The notes beneath the pieces were generated by a model that searched no databases, was not told where the DNA came from, and saw only the letters and a list, made by a program, of their open reading frames with translations. Position numbers and translations under genes: made by a program. From positions 67,642,001-67,706,000 of the forward strand of contig NC_087445.1 of NCBI RefSeq assembly GCF_036321535.1: a stretch of DNA of 64,000 bases, read 5' to 3'. This document shows positions 51,165 through 64,000 of the stretch, piece by piece. Within the stretch, counting starts at the first letter, position 1, and each line of letters opens with the position of its first letter. The DNA is from Camelus dromedarius (lineage: Eukaryota).

Positions 51165-51885
51165 GGACATGACAAGACCAGGGCAATTTTGCTGAGCTTG
51201 AAAATAAAAAGTGCTCAATGGGTCATGAGGACACAGGAGCCAGCTCAGAGAATCTCCTGCTGAAGCTCAAATAATTTAAGCTTCAAAATGAGTAACATTG
51301 GTAATGATGACAACTCAGAGCATAAATAAGAATTCATGAGTCCATAATGATAGAAATAAATCAATAAAACATGAATGGAGAATAAAGAGAAGTTCCTTCT
51401 TATAGGAGAATACAACTAATAAACATAGAGGAAATGACCAAATTAGAAAATCACCATTTGGCCACATTTGTAATAGTTTTTTTCATATAAGAATCACCAA
51501 TCGATGCTAGATATAGTGGGTGAAATTGGAATAAGAAAAACATGGTTATACAGTCTCAAAATACCTACCCAAATGATACTTATTAATTACAAATGTTGAA
51601 ATAGTGACTTGCTGTAGAGAACCCGGCAGATACCACCCTAACCAATTGATCAAGGATAAAATCACTAGTAATTGGAAAAACTGATACCATGAGTCTTCTG
51701 AGGATACCCACTGAGGTGCACCTGCCGAAAATCTAAGGCTGCAGTATACATGCATGTGCACATACATATTTAAATAAATATGGTAAAGTATTAACCATTG
51801 GGCAATCTGGGTGCAGTGGATACAGGAATTCCTTGTATCATTTTTACAGCTTTTCCAAATGTGTGAAATCATTTCAAAATAAAGA
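51165..51885 (+). mobile_element. Old L1MB/MC 3'UTR
   Basis: gattctagggctggggcaagg...ggatacaggaattccttgtatc...ttcaaaataaagagttaaaaa. Confidence 0.7.
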
Positions 51886-53518
51886 GTTAAAAATCCTTTG
51901 TCTCAGATGGAACAATGTCCAAGAAGAGAGAAGTCCAGGGCACCACTGGCCTCAAGGGCACTGCCTTTTGGGACTCCAGTCCCTCTGGCTCCTGGACATA
52001 CAGCTTCTCAAAGGACAGTAAGAAATCAGCCAGAAACTGGGGGACTGTTTCAGTTCTCTCAGTAATTAAAACATTATCTTTTGACTCATTTATCTGGATC
52101 TGATTAAGGAAGGTGAAAGTCAGGAGAAGCACCAAGGCCACAGATATTTCTCCTATTTGTCTGGATACCAAGTGTCCTGAAAAGAAGCCACAGTTTGGAA
52201 GAGGTGTCTGAGGTCACCAATGAGAAGCACAGGACAGAGGGAGCTGGAAATCTGCACTTGGCGGTGATCTGCCTGTGTGCTTGTGGGTCTGTGTATGAGG
52301 GCCTCTGTGCTCATAAGTGTGTGTCTGTGTATTGCATATGCTTACGTATGTGTTGTTTGTAGATGTGTGTGTGTGTGTGTGTGTGTACTATGTATCTGAC
52401 TCACAGCCTGATTCTTTTCCTGAATTAGACCCAATCCAGGCTCTGTTTTAGCAAGTTATTAGCTTCCTAACATGCACTTAGGGACTTCTGAGTCATGCCC
52501 ATGATCCTAAATATTTGCCTCCTGTTGTTATGACGGGGGCATTTCCCCCGCTGCGTGGGTACCATGGCTCAGAGGATGAGGGCTTAGCACCGGGGCTGCT
52601 GCAGAAAATGCCCGACCTCACCCAGGACCAAGGTCAGAGAGGGCTCAGCCTTCGCTCAGCAGTGTGCACTAGTGTGCGTGCGAGCTGCTGTTTGTGGGTG
52701 ACACACTCGTGTGTGAGAGCAACTGCGTGCTGTTTGCTTTTGTTTTGTGTGCATGTTACCACGTGCACAGGTTGTTGCTGGTAGTTTAAAGTCTGTGCCT
52801 ATGACTAAACAGGCTTAAGTGCCCCATGCTGACTGCCTTCACCCAGAAGGGTTTGGGTCAGAAGGGGTTGAAGCATGTCTGTCAGCAAAGGGAGTGTGTG
52901 TGCTGCTTGTTGTAGTGAGTGTGTGGCTGGGTGTGCACGTGTGTTTGCGGGCATCTGATTTGCATTCATGACCTTAATACTTCCTTAAGTGCCCTCCTTC
53001 TGGGGCACCACTGACTGAAAGAACCCAGCTCCGAACTACTCCCTGTTTCCTTAAAAGGATCTGCTATCATTTTCATATCCCTGAGTGTAACTGAGTCACT
53101 CAGAATTTTGTAAGCCATTAACTTTCATTAAATGCCCCATGCAAAGAAACCCCTGGTGTCATGCTATGTGAAGTTACAGAGCAGAATCACCATCAGATAG
53201 CAGTGAGATCTTGAGAAATCTACATAACTCCTTGGCCTCAGTTTCCAACATCTATAAAATGGAAAGAATTAGACTTCTTGTGAAAGTTACAGGCCTTCAG
53301 TAAATATTTATTCTTCAAATAGAAGTTGCTGTATTTGAGTTTTTTGCCAGTTGGAAAGTATACGAATATGAATAATTGAAATTACCATGGACAGGGGACT
53401 AAGAGAATTTTGAACAACTGTGGCTTCCCTACAGCTCTAAAATATTGTAGGATGCTTGGCTCCTCTAACCAATGGAAGGATAAGTTTCTGTGTGTAGTGG
53501 TTAAGAACCCGGGCTCTG

Positions 53519-54930
53519 CCCAGAAATGAACCCACAAACTTTTGGTCAACTCATCTTCGACAAAGGAGGCAAGAATATACATTGGAATAAAGACAGTCTC
53601 TTCAGCAAATGGTGCTGGGAAAACTGGACAGCAGCATGTAAAACAATGAAGCTAGAACACTCCCTTACACCATATACAAAAATCAACTTAAAATGGATTA
53701 AAGACTTAAACATAAGACAAGATACAATAAACCTCCTAGAGGAAAACATAGGCAAAACATTATCTGACATACATCTCAAAAATTTTCTCCTAGAAGAAAT
53801 AAAAGCAAGAATAAACAAATGGGACCTAATGAAACTTACAAGCTTCTGCACAGCAAAGGAAACCAGAAATAAAACAAGAAGAAAACCTACGGAATGGGAG
53901 AAAATTTTTGCAAGTGAAACCGACAAAGGCTTGATCTCCAGAATATATAAGCAGCTCATACGACTCAATAAGAAAAAAATAAACAACCCAATCCAAAAAT
54001 GGGCAGAAGNNNNNNNNNNNNNNNNNNNNNNNNNNNNNNNNNNNNNNNNNNNNNNNNNNNNNNNNNNNNNNNNNNNNNNNNNNNNNNNNNNNNNNNNNNN
54101 NNNNNNNNNNNNNNNNNNNNNNNNNNNNNNNNNNNNNNNNNNNNNNNNNNNNNNNNNNNNNNNNNNNNNNNNNNNNNNNNNNNNNNNNNNNNNNNNNNNN
54201 NNNNNNNNNNNNNNNNNNNNNNNNNNNNNNNNNNNNNNNNNNNNNNNNNNNNNNNNNNNNNNNNNNNNNNNNNNNNNNNNNNNNNNCTTACCATATGACC
54301 CAGGAATCCCACTCCTGGGCTTGTATCCAGAAGGAAATCTACTTCAGGANNNNNNNNNNNNNNNNNNNNNNNNNNNNNNNNNNNNNNNNNNNNNNNNNNN
54401 NNNNNNNNNNNNNNNNNNNNNNNNNNNNNNNNNNNNNNNNNNNNNNNNNNNNNNNNNNNNNNNNNNNNNNNNNNNNNNNNNNNNNNNNNNNNNNNNNNNN
54501 NNNNNNNNNNNNNNNNNNNNNNNNNNNNNNNNNNNNNNCATTCTAAGTAAGCCAGAAAGAGAAAGAAAAATACCATATGAGATCACTCATATGTGGAATC
54601 TAAAAAACAAAAACAAAAACAAACAAACAAACAAAAACAAAGCGTAAATAAAGGACAGAAATAGACTCACAGACAGAGAATACAGACTTGTGGTTACCAG
54701 AGGGGTGGAGGGTGGGAAGGGATAGACTGGGATTTCAAAATTGTAGAATAGACTACACTGTATAGCACAGGGAAATATACACAAAATGTTATGATAACTC
54801 ACAGAGAAAAAAATGTGACAAAGAGTGTGTATATGTCCATGAATAACTGAAAAATTGTGCTGAACACTGGAATTTGACACAACATTGTAAAATGATTATA
54901 AATCAATAAAAAATGTTAAAAAAAAAAAAA
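53519..54930 (+). mobile_element. Young 5'-truncated camelid L1 (~1.4 kb) with perfect 16-bp TSD
   Basis: ORF2 C-terminus ([33 protein letters not shown]), 3'UTR, poly(A); TSD aagaacccgggctctg at 53503-53518 and 54929-54944 at a TT/AA site. A 5-nt deletion (ctaagt[gaagt]aagcc) frameshifts the ORF2 end. Confidence 0.95.
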
Positions 54931-55393
54931 GAACCCGGGCTCTGATCACACACATACTATATTGGAACACATGAAGTAGCTACTATTTAATTTTTAATTT
55001 ACAAAAATGGTAATATACATATATATATCAAGTTATATATGTATATTACATATTATATATCACGTATGCCATAGATACATACACACACGTGTGTATGTGT
55101 GTGTGCCATCTCTGTTTTCTACCTATGGAATTTTGTGTCTGTGGAATTTGCATCATTTATGTTTCTGTTCTTTAAAAGTTAAAATGGGTGAAGAACAAAT
55201 TCTTAATGAAGCTGTTCAATTTTTTTTTTTTAATCTGGGAATGTAAGGCTGATGTGTGGTATTAATTAGGAAACATAAGTAAAGCTCTTAGCCTAGTACT
55301 CAAATGTTCACCAAAATGTTCATCATTATTCTGAAAGCTACTTTGTGCTCTATTCTGGTTTGGGAGCTATTCTGGCATTAAGCAATTCTATTT

Positions 55394-56230
55394 TTTAATT
55401 GAAATATAGTTCACTTACAATATTATGTTAGTTTCAGGTATATTACATGGTCATTTGACATTTGCATACACTATGAAATGATCACCACCGTGAGTAACTG
55501 TCTGGCCCCCCAATTATTACAATATTATTGACCATATTCCTTATGCTGTATATGACATCCCCAAGGTTTGTTTATTTTATAACTGGAGGTTTGTACCTCT
55601 TCATCCAATTCACCTATTTTACCGCCTCCAGCCATTGCCCTCCCCTCTGGCAACCACCGGTTTCTTCTCTGTATCTGTGAGTGTTTTCATTTTGTTTTGT
55701 TTGTTTGTTTTTTAGATTCCACATATAAGTGAGATAATATGGTATTTGTCTTTGTCTGACTTACTTCACGCAGCATAAAACCCTCTAATCTATCCGTGTG
55801 GTGGGAACATGGCTGTGAACTGCTCCAAGGTGCACTTGAGTAACTCCCAGATGACCACACTGTTGCCAATGAAGGTGGCAAACATTTTTATCCCACAGGG
55901 TGAGATGTCACAGACAATTGTTTTCACTTTTGGGGATACTTTCATTCTTTTACATGTGGATATTCAGTTTCCCAGCACCATTTATTGAAGAGACCATCTT
56001 TTCTCCATTGTGTAGTTTGGCACACTTACCAAAGATTAGTTGATGGGCTGTGTGTGGGTTTATTTCAGGATTCTGTTCCATTTTCTACAGGTCTGTTTTC
56101 ATGCCAATAACATAGTGTGTTGGTTACTAAAAGTTTGTAGTATATTTTGAAATCAAGAAGTGCGGTGCCTCCAGCTCTGTTCATTTTTCCCAAGGTTGCT
56201 TTGGCTTTTGTGGGTCTTTTGTGGTTCTAT
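55394..56230 (-). mobile_element. L1MA-type 3' fragment
   Basis: Same family 3'UTR as 4915-5340; antisense ORF2 EPQKTHKSQSNLGKNEQSWRH. Confidence 0.8.
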
Positions 56231-56244
56231 ATGAATGGAATAAA

Positions 56245-56830
56245 TGGTGGCAGTGGAATGTGTGTTCCAATACAACTCAGGGTCAGTGGTGTGGGACTCT
56301 ACAAGGGCTGGTACTGCTCTGCCTAGACCTTCCTGCAATGTATGGAGAGGCAGATTCCATTGCTGGGTTCTTCAAAGGTCAAGGGTGTTCATGGTTTCTT
56401 CTCCTCCTCATGACCACTCAGAGGGGAAGCCAACATGTCACTGATATTAGGGACATCTTCTCCTGAGACTCCTGTGGTTCATCCCCTTTGGCCCCTGCAC
56501 AAGATCCATCTCAAGAGGAAGGCAAGAAATTGGGCAATTAGCTCTGTTGGCTTCTTCTCTAATCAGGAGCTCCAGTTGTGTTCCCTGGGGTCTCAGTGCT
56601 GTTGGTAAATGTGGATCCCCCTGCTCATTGCTCTAGTTCTTGTAAACAGGCATGAAAGGTGGTAAAGGTCGTTAGGCCATCAGGCATAAGAGATGATTAT
56701 TCAGGTGGCAGCCTGGGCCAGCAAGAATCCTCAGAGATCTCAGCAAGGTGGGGAACCATCATCTGGTCTAGATGTGTGCATTTGTGTGAGGACTAGGCAA
56801 AAGAGAGAGAGAAAATGTGTGTTTCTGTTG
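56245..56830 (+). promoter_or_regulatory. Putative promoter block of OR1J-like C
   Basis: Homolog of 38680-39250; caatta and ctaatc homeodomain cores; O/E site TTCCCTGGGG at 56581-56590. Confidence 0.45.
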
Positions 56831-56874
56831 CTTGTATAACCATGTGTTTTCAGTGACTGATTCACGCACTGACC

Positions 56875-57065
56875 CATAGGGTGCTACTACTAGCCACAAG
56901 TGGCCATAAAATTTAAATTAATTAAAATTACCTAAAATTAAAATTTTGGTTCCTCAGTTGCACTAACTATATTTCAAGCCTTTAGGAGTCACACGAGGCT
57001 AGTGCTACTGTACTGGACAACGCAGATATAGAATATTTCCATCACTGTAGAAAGTCCTAGTGCTG
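56875..57065. mobile_element. MER3/MER33-like hAT relic
   Basis: ctagccacaagtggcc...ttcctcagttgcactaactatatttcaag...tactggacaacgcagatatagaatatttccatcac. Confidence 0.7.
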
Positions 57066-57254
57066 GTAATAGACCATGGGCTTGGCTGGAAATCTACAAT
57101 GCATGTGTGTGCTTGTGTTGGTGTGTGTATGTTACTTTTTTTTCCTGTAATTTGTGTGTGGTGTTTGACTTCATGTGATTCTTATTGTGTGTGGTGGAGT
57201 TTCTGGGTCTGGTTTGTGCGTTGTCTGGGTGTCTGGCTGTGGTGTTTGCATGTT

Positions 57255-59880
57255 TTGTTTTAAACAGCTTTCAAGGTGTAATTGATACACCAAAAACTGT
57301 ACATACTTAATGTATACAATTTGAGGAGTCTGGACATGTGCACATACATGTGAAGCTACCACCACAATCAAAGAAATTGACACATCTATCTCCTCTAAAA
57401 ATGTCATGCCCCTTTTTTTGGTGGGAAACTTCACATGAGATCTACTATTCTAATGAATTTTCAAGTGCACAATATAGTATTTCTGACTATAGGCAATCTA
57501 CTGTTACAGCAAGTCTCTAGAACTGTCATCCTGCATAAATGAAACTTTATATCAATTGAATAACAGTGCTACATTTCTCTCCCCCTAGCTCTCAGTAAGC
57601 GCCATTTATTCTCTGCTTCTGAGTTTCTTAAAGTGAAATCATGCAACANNNNNNNNNNNNNNNNNNNNNNNNNNNNNNNNNNNNNNNNNNNNNNNNNNNN
57701 NNNNNNNNNNNNNNNNNNNNNNNNNNNNNNNNNNNNNNNNNNNNNNNNNNNNNNNNNNNNNNNNNNNNNNNNNNNNNNNNNNNNNNNNNNNNNNNNNNNN
57801 NNNNNNNNNNNNNNNNNNNNNNNNNNNNNNNNNNNNNNNNNNNNNNNNNNNNNNNNNNNNNNNNNNNGTATCTTTGACATCCTGATTTCAATTCTTCCTG
57901 GTTTATACCCAGNNNNNNNNNNNNNNNNNNNNNNNNNNNNNNNNNNNNNNNNNNNNNNNNNNNNNNNNNNNNNNNNNNNNNNNNNNNNNNNNNNNNNNNN
58001 NNNNNNNNNNNNNNNNNNNNNNNNNNNNNNNNNNNNNNNNNNNNTTAAGTTGTGTGACAAAACATTTCATTTCAAAGTTGTAAGTAAACTGGTGTGAATC
58101 CATACAAACCTCTACACTTTTGACTAAGATGAGTATAGGTCAGAGAGAGCCAAAAAGAAGCACCTTGGTTTTTTTTTTTAAATTATTGATGTGTAGTTGA
58201 TTTACAATGTTAGTTTCCAGCATTCAGCAAAGTGATTCAGTTATACATATACATACATATATATATATATTTTTTTTCTTTTCAGGTTCTTTTCCATTAC
58301 ATGTTATTACTTGTTTAACTATATACAAGAAATTGAATATAGTTCCCTCGACACCTTGGGTTTTGTTTATGTCACTGAGCATCATTCTGTGTGTCTGTTT
58401 TGTGTATAACACACTCACAATCTAATTCCCCTTGAATGGGTGTAGAGCAGAGAGGGCTAAGTGAGTGACTTAGAAATATGTGTATGGTTTTGACCTAATT
58501 AAACAGCCTCACAGCCTGACTCTCCTCTGGCCTCAGCTCTAGACAGAAACTGGCAGCTCTGAACCAAGTCCTCTTTATGCTAAGTTGGTAGCAATTTGTC
58601 CAGGTGGTTTGAAGGCTACTGAACTTCTCCAGGGCTACAAATTTTCTACATTGACGTTTAATGATTTCCACATTTCCACTCTGGGGAACATGCTGGAGTC
58701 AATTTTGGAGCCTCGTCTAGTTAATCGGATGACTGTGAATTCTGAGTCCATGGTCCTACAGCATCTGTAATATCTCAGCTCTCCAGCCCCATCATTGGGC
58801 AAGTCCTCATGTCACTCACTTTATATGTGTGCTCAGAACTCAGCCATTTAAAAACACTGAAGATGGAAGAGGAGAGAGAGAGAGACAATGGCAGATACGA
58901 GGGAAGACATTTATTGGCAAATTTACTAAAACTTCAGTGAGTTACGTGCTGTGGATGTGCTAATCTTCAGGGGCCATGGTCTGAGCATTTACTATTTCCT
59001 GAATGTGAGAGTGACACCACGGAGGTAAACACACATTTTCAGGAAGCTGCCTAATCCTGTTTGGTGGCCTCCTCATATCTTTATTATCTTTACTGATCTT
59101 GGTCACTCCTGCTCCCAAATAATGACGATTTATTTTGAGGGGGTCACTTTCCTTCTGACTGTTGTGTTTATTGATTTATTAACTTTGGTTGATATAATTT
59201 CCAAATTAAAATTGTTTATTGTGCTAAAATATATGTAACATAAAATCCACCATTTCAATGATTTTTTAAGAGTACAGTTTTGTGGCATTAAGTGCATTCA
59301 CATTACTGTCCAACTGTCGCCACCATTCGGAACTTTTTTTGTCTTCCCAAACTGAAACTCGCTACCCATTGAACAATGACTCACTGTTTTCCTCCCCCAC
59401 CCCCAGCCCCTGGCAACCACCATTCTACCTTTTATCTCTATGAANNNNNNNNNNNNNNNNNNNNNNNNNNNNNNNNNNNNNNNNNNNNNNNNNNNNNNNN
59501 NNNNNNNNNNNNNNNNNNNNNNNNNNNNNNNNNNNNNNNNNNNNNNNNNNNNNNNNNNNNNNNNNNNNNNNNNNNNNNNNNNNNNNNNNNNNNNNNNNNN
59601 NNNNNNNNNNNNNNNNNNNGTTTATCCAGTCATTTGTTAATGGACATAAGTTGTTTCTATCTTTCTGCTGTTGTGAATACTGCTGCCTTTAAACATGAGT
59701 GCACAAATATCTGTTTGGTCCCTACTTTTAATACTTTTGGATCCAGAATTTCTGGATATGGATATATGGTAATTTTATATTAAAGTTTTTGAGCAATTGC
59801 CATAATGTCTTTCCTCCCTTCCTTCCTTCTCTTGTAACAGTCATTCTGATGGTGAGAAGTGAGCTTATGTGTTGATCACT
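57255..59880 (-). mobile_element. Cluster of L1 3' fragments (57255-58050, 58170-58345, 59150-59880), partly masked
   Basis: Antisense L1MA/L1MB 3'UTR motifs (aattgatacac...aatgtatacaattt; cccctggcaaccaccattcta). Confidence 0.7.
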
Positions 59881-59928
59881 TATTTTGTATGCAGTACTTT
59901 TATTTAATTGTCCCAATAATGCTATAAG

Positions 59929-59947
59929 TTGGGTGGGTGTTTGTGTA

Positions 59948-60005
<58 letters not shown>

Positions 60006-60022
60006 AGAGAAAGAGAGAGAGA
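59929..60022. repeat. Compound (TG)n(AG)n microsatellite
   Basis: Direct reading. Other (TG)/(CA) runs near 35117, 36376, 39695, 46759, 52364 and 63847. Confidence 0.95.
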
Positions 60023-60474
60023 GAAACTGGGATCAACAAGAATCAAACACAGCACAGAAGCAGTCTGGCTGCAAAGCTGTGCTGTTAGTCAGTACTCTGA
60101 GGTCCTTCACTAGATGTGGGTTCCCCAAAGGAAGGGACTTGTGTCTTAATAGTCACTCTCTCCCTTATGCCCATAATAGTGTCTCCATAAGTGTTAAAAT
60201 AAAGAATGCATTGTTCCTGATTTCCATGGAAGAGTCTGATTGATGTCATATACTTTCTGCAAGTGACAGTGTCAGTGTTCGGACAGATCACACTGCACAC
60301 TGTTCTCGCCAGTCTGGGCGAGGCACCAGTGTGTGAGTGCAATGTGATATTTGTCTGTTCACTGACACAGCCACTTGGAGAAAGTATGTGACCTTATGGT
60401 AATTGCTATGCTCAGTACTTCTAAGTTCCTGATACTTCCCATTTCTCTTCACCTCCAGCAAAAACAAGAAGAGC

Positions 60475-61413
60475 ATGAGGAGGGAGAACCAGAGCAGCGT
60501 GTCCGAGTTCCTCCTCCTGGGGCTCCCCATCCGGCCAGAGCAGCGGGGCGTGGTCTTCGCCCTGTCCCTGGGCGTGTACCTGACCACGGTGCTGGGGAAC
60601 CTGCTCATCATCCTGCTCATCAGGCTGGACTCTCGCCTCCACACCCCCATGTACTTCCTCCTCAGCCACTTGGCCCTCACCGACGTCTCCTTTTCATCTG
60701 TCATCGTCCCAAAGATGCTCATGAACATGCAGACTCAGCACCTATCCATCTCCTATCCAGGGTGTATCTCACAGATATATTTTTACCTATTTTTCGGTTG
60801 TGTTGATAGTCTCCTCCTTGCAGTGATGGCTTATGACAGGTACGTGGCCATCTGTCACGCCCTCCACTACACCACCATCATGAGGGAGGGGCTGTGTGTG
60901 CTGCTGGTGGCAGGCTCCTGGATTCTCTCCTGTGGCAGTGCCCTCCTGCACACCCTCCTGCTGGCCCAGGTGTCCTTCTGTGCTGACAACATCATTCCTC
61001 ACTTTTTCTGTAGCCTCCCCATCCTAATCAAGCTGTCCTGCTCAGACACCTCTCTCAATGAGCTGGTCATATTCACCACGGGGGCTGCGGTTGTCATGTT
61101 TCCATTCAGTGGCATCCTGGTCTCTTATGGCTGCATTGTCGTCTCCACCCTGAGGGTCCCCACTGTTAAGAGGATCTTCAAAGCCTTGTCCACCTGTGGC
61201 TCCCACCTCTCTGTAGTGTGTCTATTCTATGGAACAGTTGTGGCACTGTACTTTTCCTCATCAGGCGACTCCAATGACAAAGACATGATTGCCTCGCTGA
61301 TGTATACAGTGGTCACCCCCCTGCTGAACCCCTTCATCTATAGCCTAAGGAACAGAGACATGAAACTGGCTCTGGGGATTCTTTTCAGAAACAACAAGCT
61401 TTTTGCCAGGTGA
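60475..61413 (+). CDS. OR1J4: Olfactory receptor OR1J-like C (312 aa)
   Basis: Intact frame; [35 protein letters not shown]; atypical HALHY and HFFCS. Symbol marks subfamily similarity only. Confidence 0.9.
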   Translation: MRRENQSSVSEFLLLGLPIRPEQRGVVFALSLGVYLTTVLGNLLIILLIRLDSRLHTPMYFLLSHLALTDVSFSSVIVPKMLMNMQTQHLSISYPGCISQIYFYLFFGCVDSLLLAVMAYDRYVAICHALHYTTIMREGLCVLLVAGSWILSCGSALLHTLLLAQVSFCADNIIPHFFCSLPILIKLSCSDTSLNELVIFTTGAAVVMFPFSGILVSYGCIVVSTLRVPTVKRIFKALSTCGSHLSVVCLFYGTVVALYFSSSGDSNDKDMIASLMYTVVTPLLNPFIYSLRNRDMKLALGILFRNNKLFAR

Positions 61414-62818
61414 GAATCATCTGATCATGTTCTTATTTCACCTACTGACCTTGTCAGAAATGCCTTCTGGAAAGGTGCCCACCCCTGCCTCTAGCAACTG
61501 CCCTTGAAATGGTCATTATGTTATTGGGCCAATCCCTTCCACTTTAGTCATATCTGTTGTCCATTTATTCTTTCATAACCCTCGATATGGCATTGCCCAC
61601 AACACACAGTCAACCTGTAGTCTTCGAAGCACCCAGCTGCTTACTAGTCAGGTGTGTGACCGATCGTTCTGAATGTGTTGCCCTATTGTCTTATCTTCCT
61701 GAAGAGAGAAAGACTTGCTAAGACGACCACACATACCAACCACCTCTCCCAAAAGGAAAATGTGACTCTGGCATTTTATGCTTCCTTTTCAATGATAAAA
61801 ACAGTTTTGTTTTAGGCTAAGGTCAGAGTTATGAAATAGGAAGTATTTTGGATCAAGCTGTACCTTCTCACATCCTAAGTTTCGGTTCCCCAGATGGCAG
61901 ATGGTCAGAATTCTCAAATGTGTTATGGCATTTCACTTCTCTATAATGATATGAACATTTGGAATCTCAACTAGGGCCAGTTGAAGTTTTGTGGAATATT
62001 GTTTTGCTAGATTAAAAAAAAACCCTCCTTAGCAATAGATAACATAGCCTTTAATTATCACTCACAATTCCTATCTGTTGAAATAAATTAGATAGAAACC
62101 AGCTCCTTATTGCCTCTTCCTTGCCTAGGGTTTTCTAAAGCTACAAATATTCAGTTAAGTTTCTCATGCTTAGTTTTAGTGAAGTCCAGAATGCTTACCT
62201 TCTCAATGCAGTATGAAGTTAATAAAGTACTTCTGATGGTTTGCTAAAACCTAAATAAACTTTAATTTCATTGCGTCTGTGACAGCAGGGGAGCACAGAG
62301 CAGTCAATCCCATTACCAAATTTCCCCATCCTAGGAAGACTATAATTTTTCCCTCTGAGCTGGATTTTTGGGTTTAGAACAGCCGAAGGCTGTCTAATTA
62401 ATTTTAGTCTGGGAAAATGAGTGTTGTATTTTTCCCAAACAGAGATCTCACTTCTCATATGAAAAAGCTAAAGGCATGAATTTATAATTCACACACACAA
62501 AAATATTTACTGTGTGACTACTATGTGCTGGGCAATTTTCTACGTTCTGGGAATGCAAGTTAAAAAAAAATTACTCCCTTTGTACAGTTTACATTCCAGC
62601 CCTCCTGATCCCACTTGTCCTGCTCCTTTTTTCCATAGCAGTTTTTAAACCTTCTAACACACTATAAGCTTTACTTACTTCTTAAGTTGTCATTGTTTCT
62701 TTTCTGGAGTGTAAGCTCTACAGAAGATGGGTTTTTGTGTCTGAAATAAATAAATGATAAGTTTTGTTTGTAGGTAAAAATTGCTATGAATAAAAGAAGC
62801 ATTAAAAAGGGGGAGGAA

Positions 62819-63484
62819 GATGGACATTTAGGCTGTTTCCATGTCTTGGCTATTGTAAATAGTGCTGCTATGAACATTGGGGTGCAGGTGTCTTTTTGAA
62901 GTAGGGTTCTTTCTGTATATATGCCCAGGAGCGGGATTACTGGGTCATATGGTAAGTCTATTCCTACTCTTTTGAGGATACAATGGAATACTATTCAGCC
63001 ATAAAAATTGACAACATAACACCATTTGCAGCAACATGGATGCTCCTGGAGAATGTCATTCTAAGTGAAGTAAGCCAGAAGGAGAGAGAAAAATACCACA
63101 TGAGATCGCTTACATGTGGAATCTAAAAAAAAAGACATAAATACAAAGCAGAAACAGACTCATAGACATAGAATACAAACTTGTGGTTGCCAAGGGGGCA
63201 GGGGGTGGGAAGGGACAGACTGGGAGTTCAAAATTTGTAGATACTGACAGGCATATGTAGAATAGATAAACAAGATTATACTGTATAGCACAGGGAAATA
63301 TATACAAGATCTTGTGGTAGCTCACAGCAGAAAAAAAATGTGACAATGCATATATGAATGTTCATGTATAACTGAAAAATTATGCTCTACGCTGGAATTT
63401 GAAGCAACATTGTAAAATGACTATAACTCAATAAATAACGTTAAAAAATAAAATAAAGTCTTTAACTGTTAACTTGAAAAAAAA
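62819..63484 (+). mobile_element. Young camelid L1 with 5' inversion (twin priming) and probable short 3' transduction
   Basis: 62819-62975 is antisense ORF2 (LPYDP...QPKCP); 62978-63457 is the sense continuation to the tail; imperfect TSD aaaaagggggaggaaga. Confidence 0.82.
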
Positions 63485-63792
63485 GGAGGGGGAGGAGGAA
63501 GAGTGCTGGGTGTGGGGGGTCATAATTTAAAATGATATGGTCCAGGAAGAGCTCATTGGAAAGGTAACATCCAAACAAAGACGTTAGTGAGGACCTGTAA
63601 GCCAGCCACAGGGGTATTTAGGGGAAAGCATTCCAAGCATGGAGATTAGCACCTAGAAATACTCTGAGGGGAGATGGTGCCTGACCTATTTCAGGGACAT
63701 TAACTGGGTCTCTGTAGCTGGACAGGGAAGGCCAAGTAGAGGAGGGATGGTAGGCGATAAGTTTAGAGATATCAGAGGACTGGACTTCCAGG

Positions 63793-63845
63793 TCACTTCA
63801 GGTCATTGTAAGTGTATTAATCACAGGGAAACAGAATCAATAGGG

Positions 63846-63899
<54 letters not shown>

Positions 63900-64000
63900 G
63901 TGTGTTTGCAGAGAGACATTTATTGGAATTGGCTCACATAATTAAGGAGGCTAGCATGCCCCAAATCTGCAGGGTAGGCTGGCAGGCTGGAAACCTGTGG
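63793..64000 (-). mobile_element. MLT2 LTR (runs off the window)
   Basis: tgtattaatcacagggaaacagaatcaatagg (TG)n gagagacatttattggaattggctcac...ggaggct. Confidence 0.75.

Noticed and set aside
51887-52171. 94-aa minus-strand ORF with a hydrophobic N-terminus
   Set aside because: No recognised homolog or splice structure; short ORFs like this are expected by chance.
53526-54647. 373-aa ORF
   Set aside because: C-terminal part of L1 ORF2 in a 5'-truncated copy, about half masked and frameshifted at the end; not a host gene.

Overview
Mammalian genomic DNA from a camelid (alpaca/llama/camel; five Vic-1-type tRNA-Ala SINEs). The window is part of a class II olfactory receptor family 1 cluster. 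It holds six intact single-exon OR coding regions: three OR1L8-like genes on the minus strand (11971-12915, 20410-21354, 32219-33151) facing away from three OR1J-like genes on the plus strand (42410-43351, 49415-50353, 60475-61413). The rest is L1, SINE, ERVL, MIR and DNA-transposon relics, plus an H3F3A processed pseudogene. The N blocks are length-preserving masks, not assembly gaps. I found no new gene system. The most interesting signals are evolutionary: (1) patchwork gene conversion among the OR paralogs, including a ~200-nt 5' tract that is ~98% identical and ~97% GC3 in all three OR1J genes; (2) a TSD-flanked retrocopy of a polyadenylated RNA made of antisense old-L1 sequence; (3) an inverted young L1 with a probable short 3' transduction. 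Repeat family names and human-gene comparisons are from memory and were not checked against a database. Repeat boundaries are approximate.
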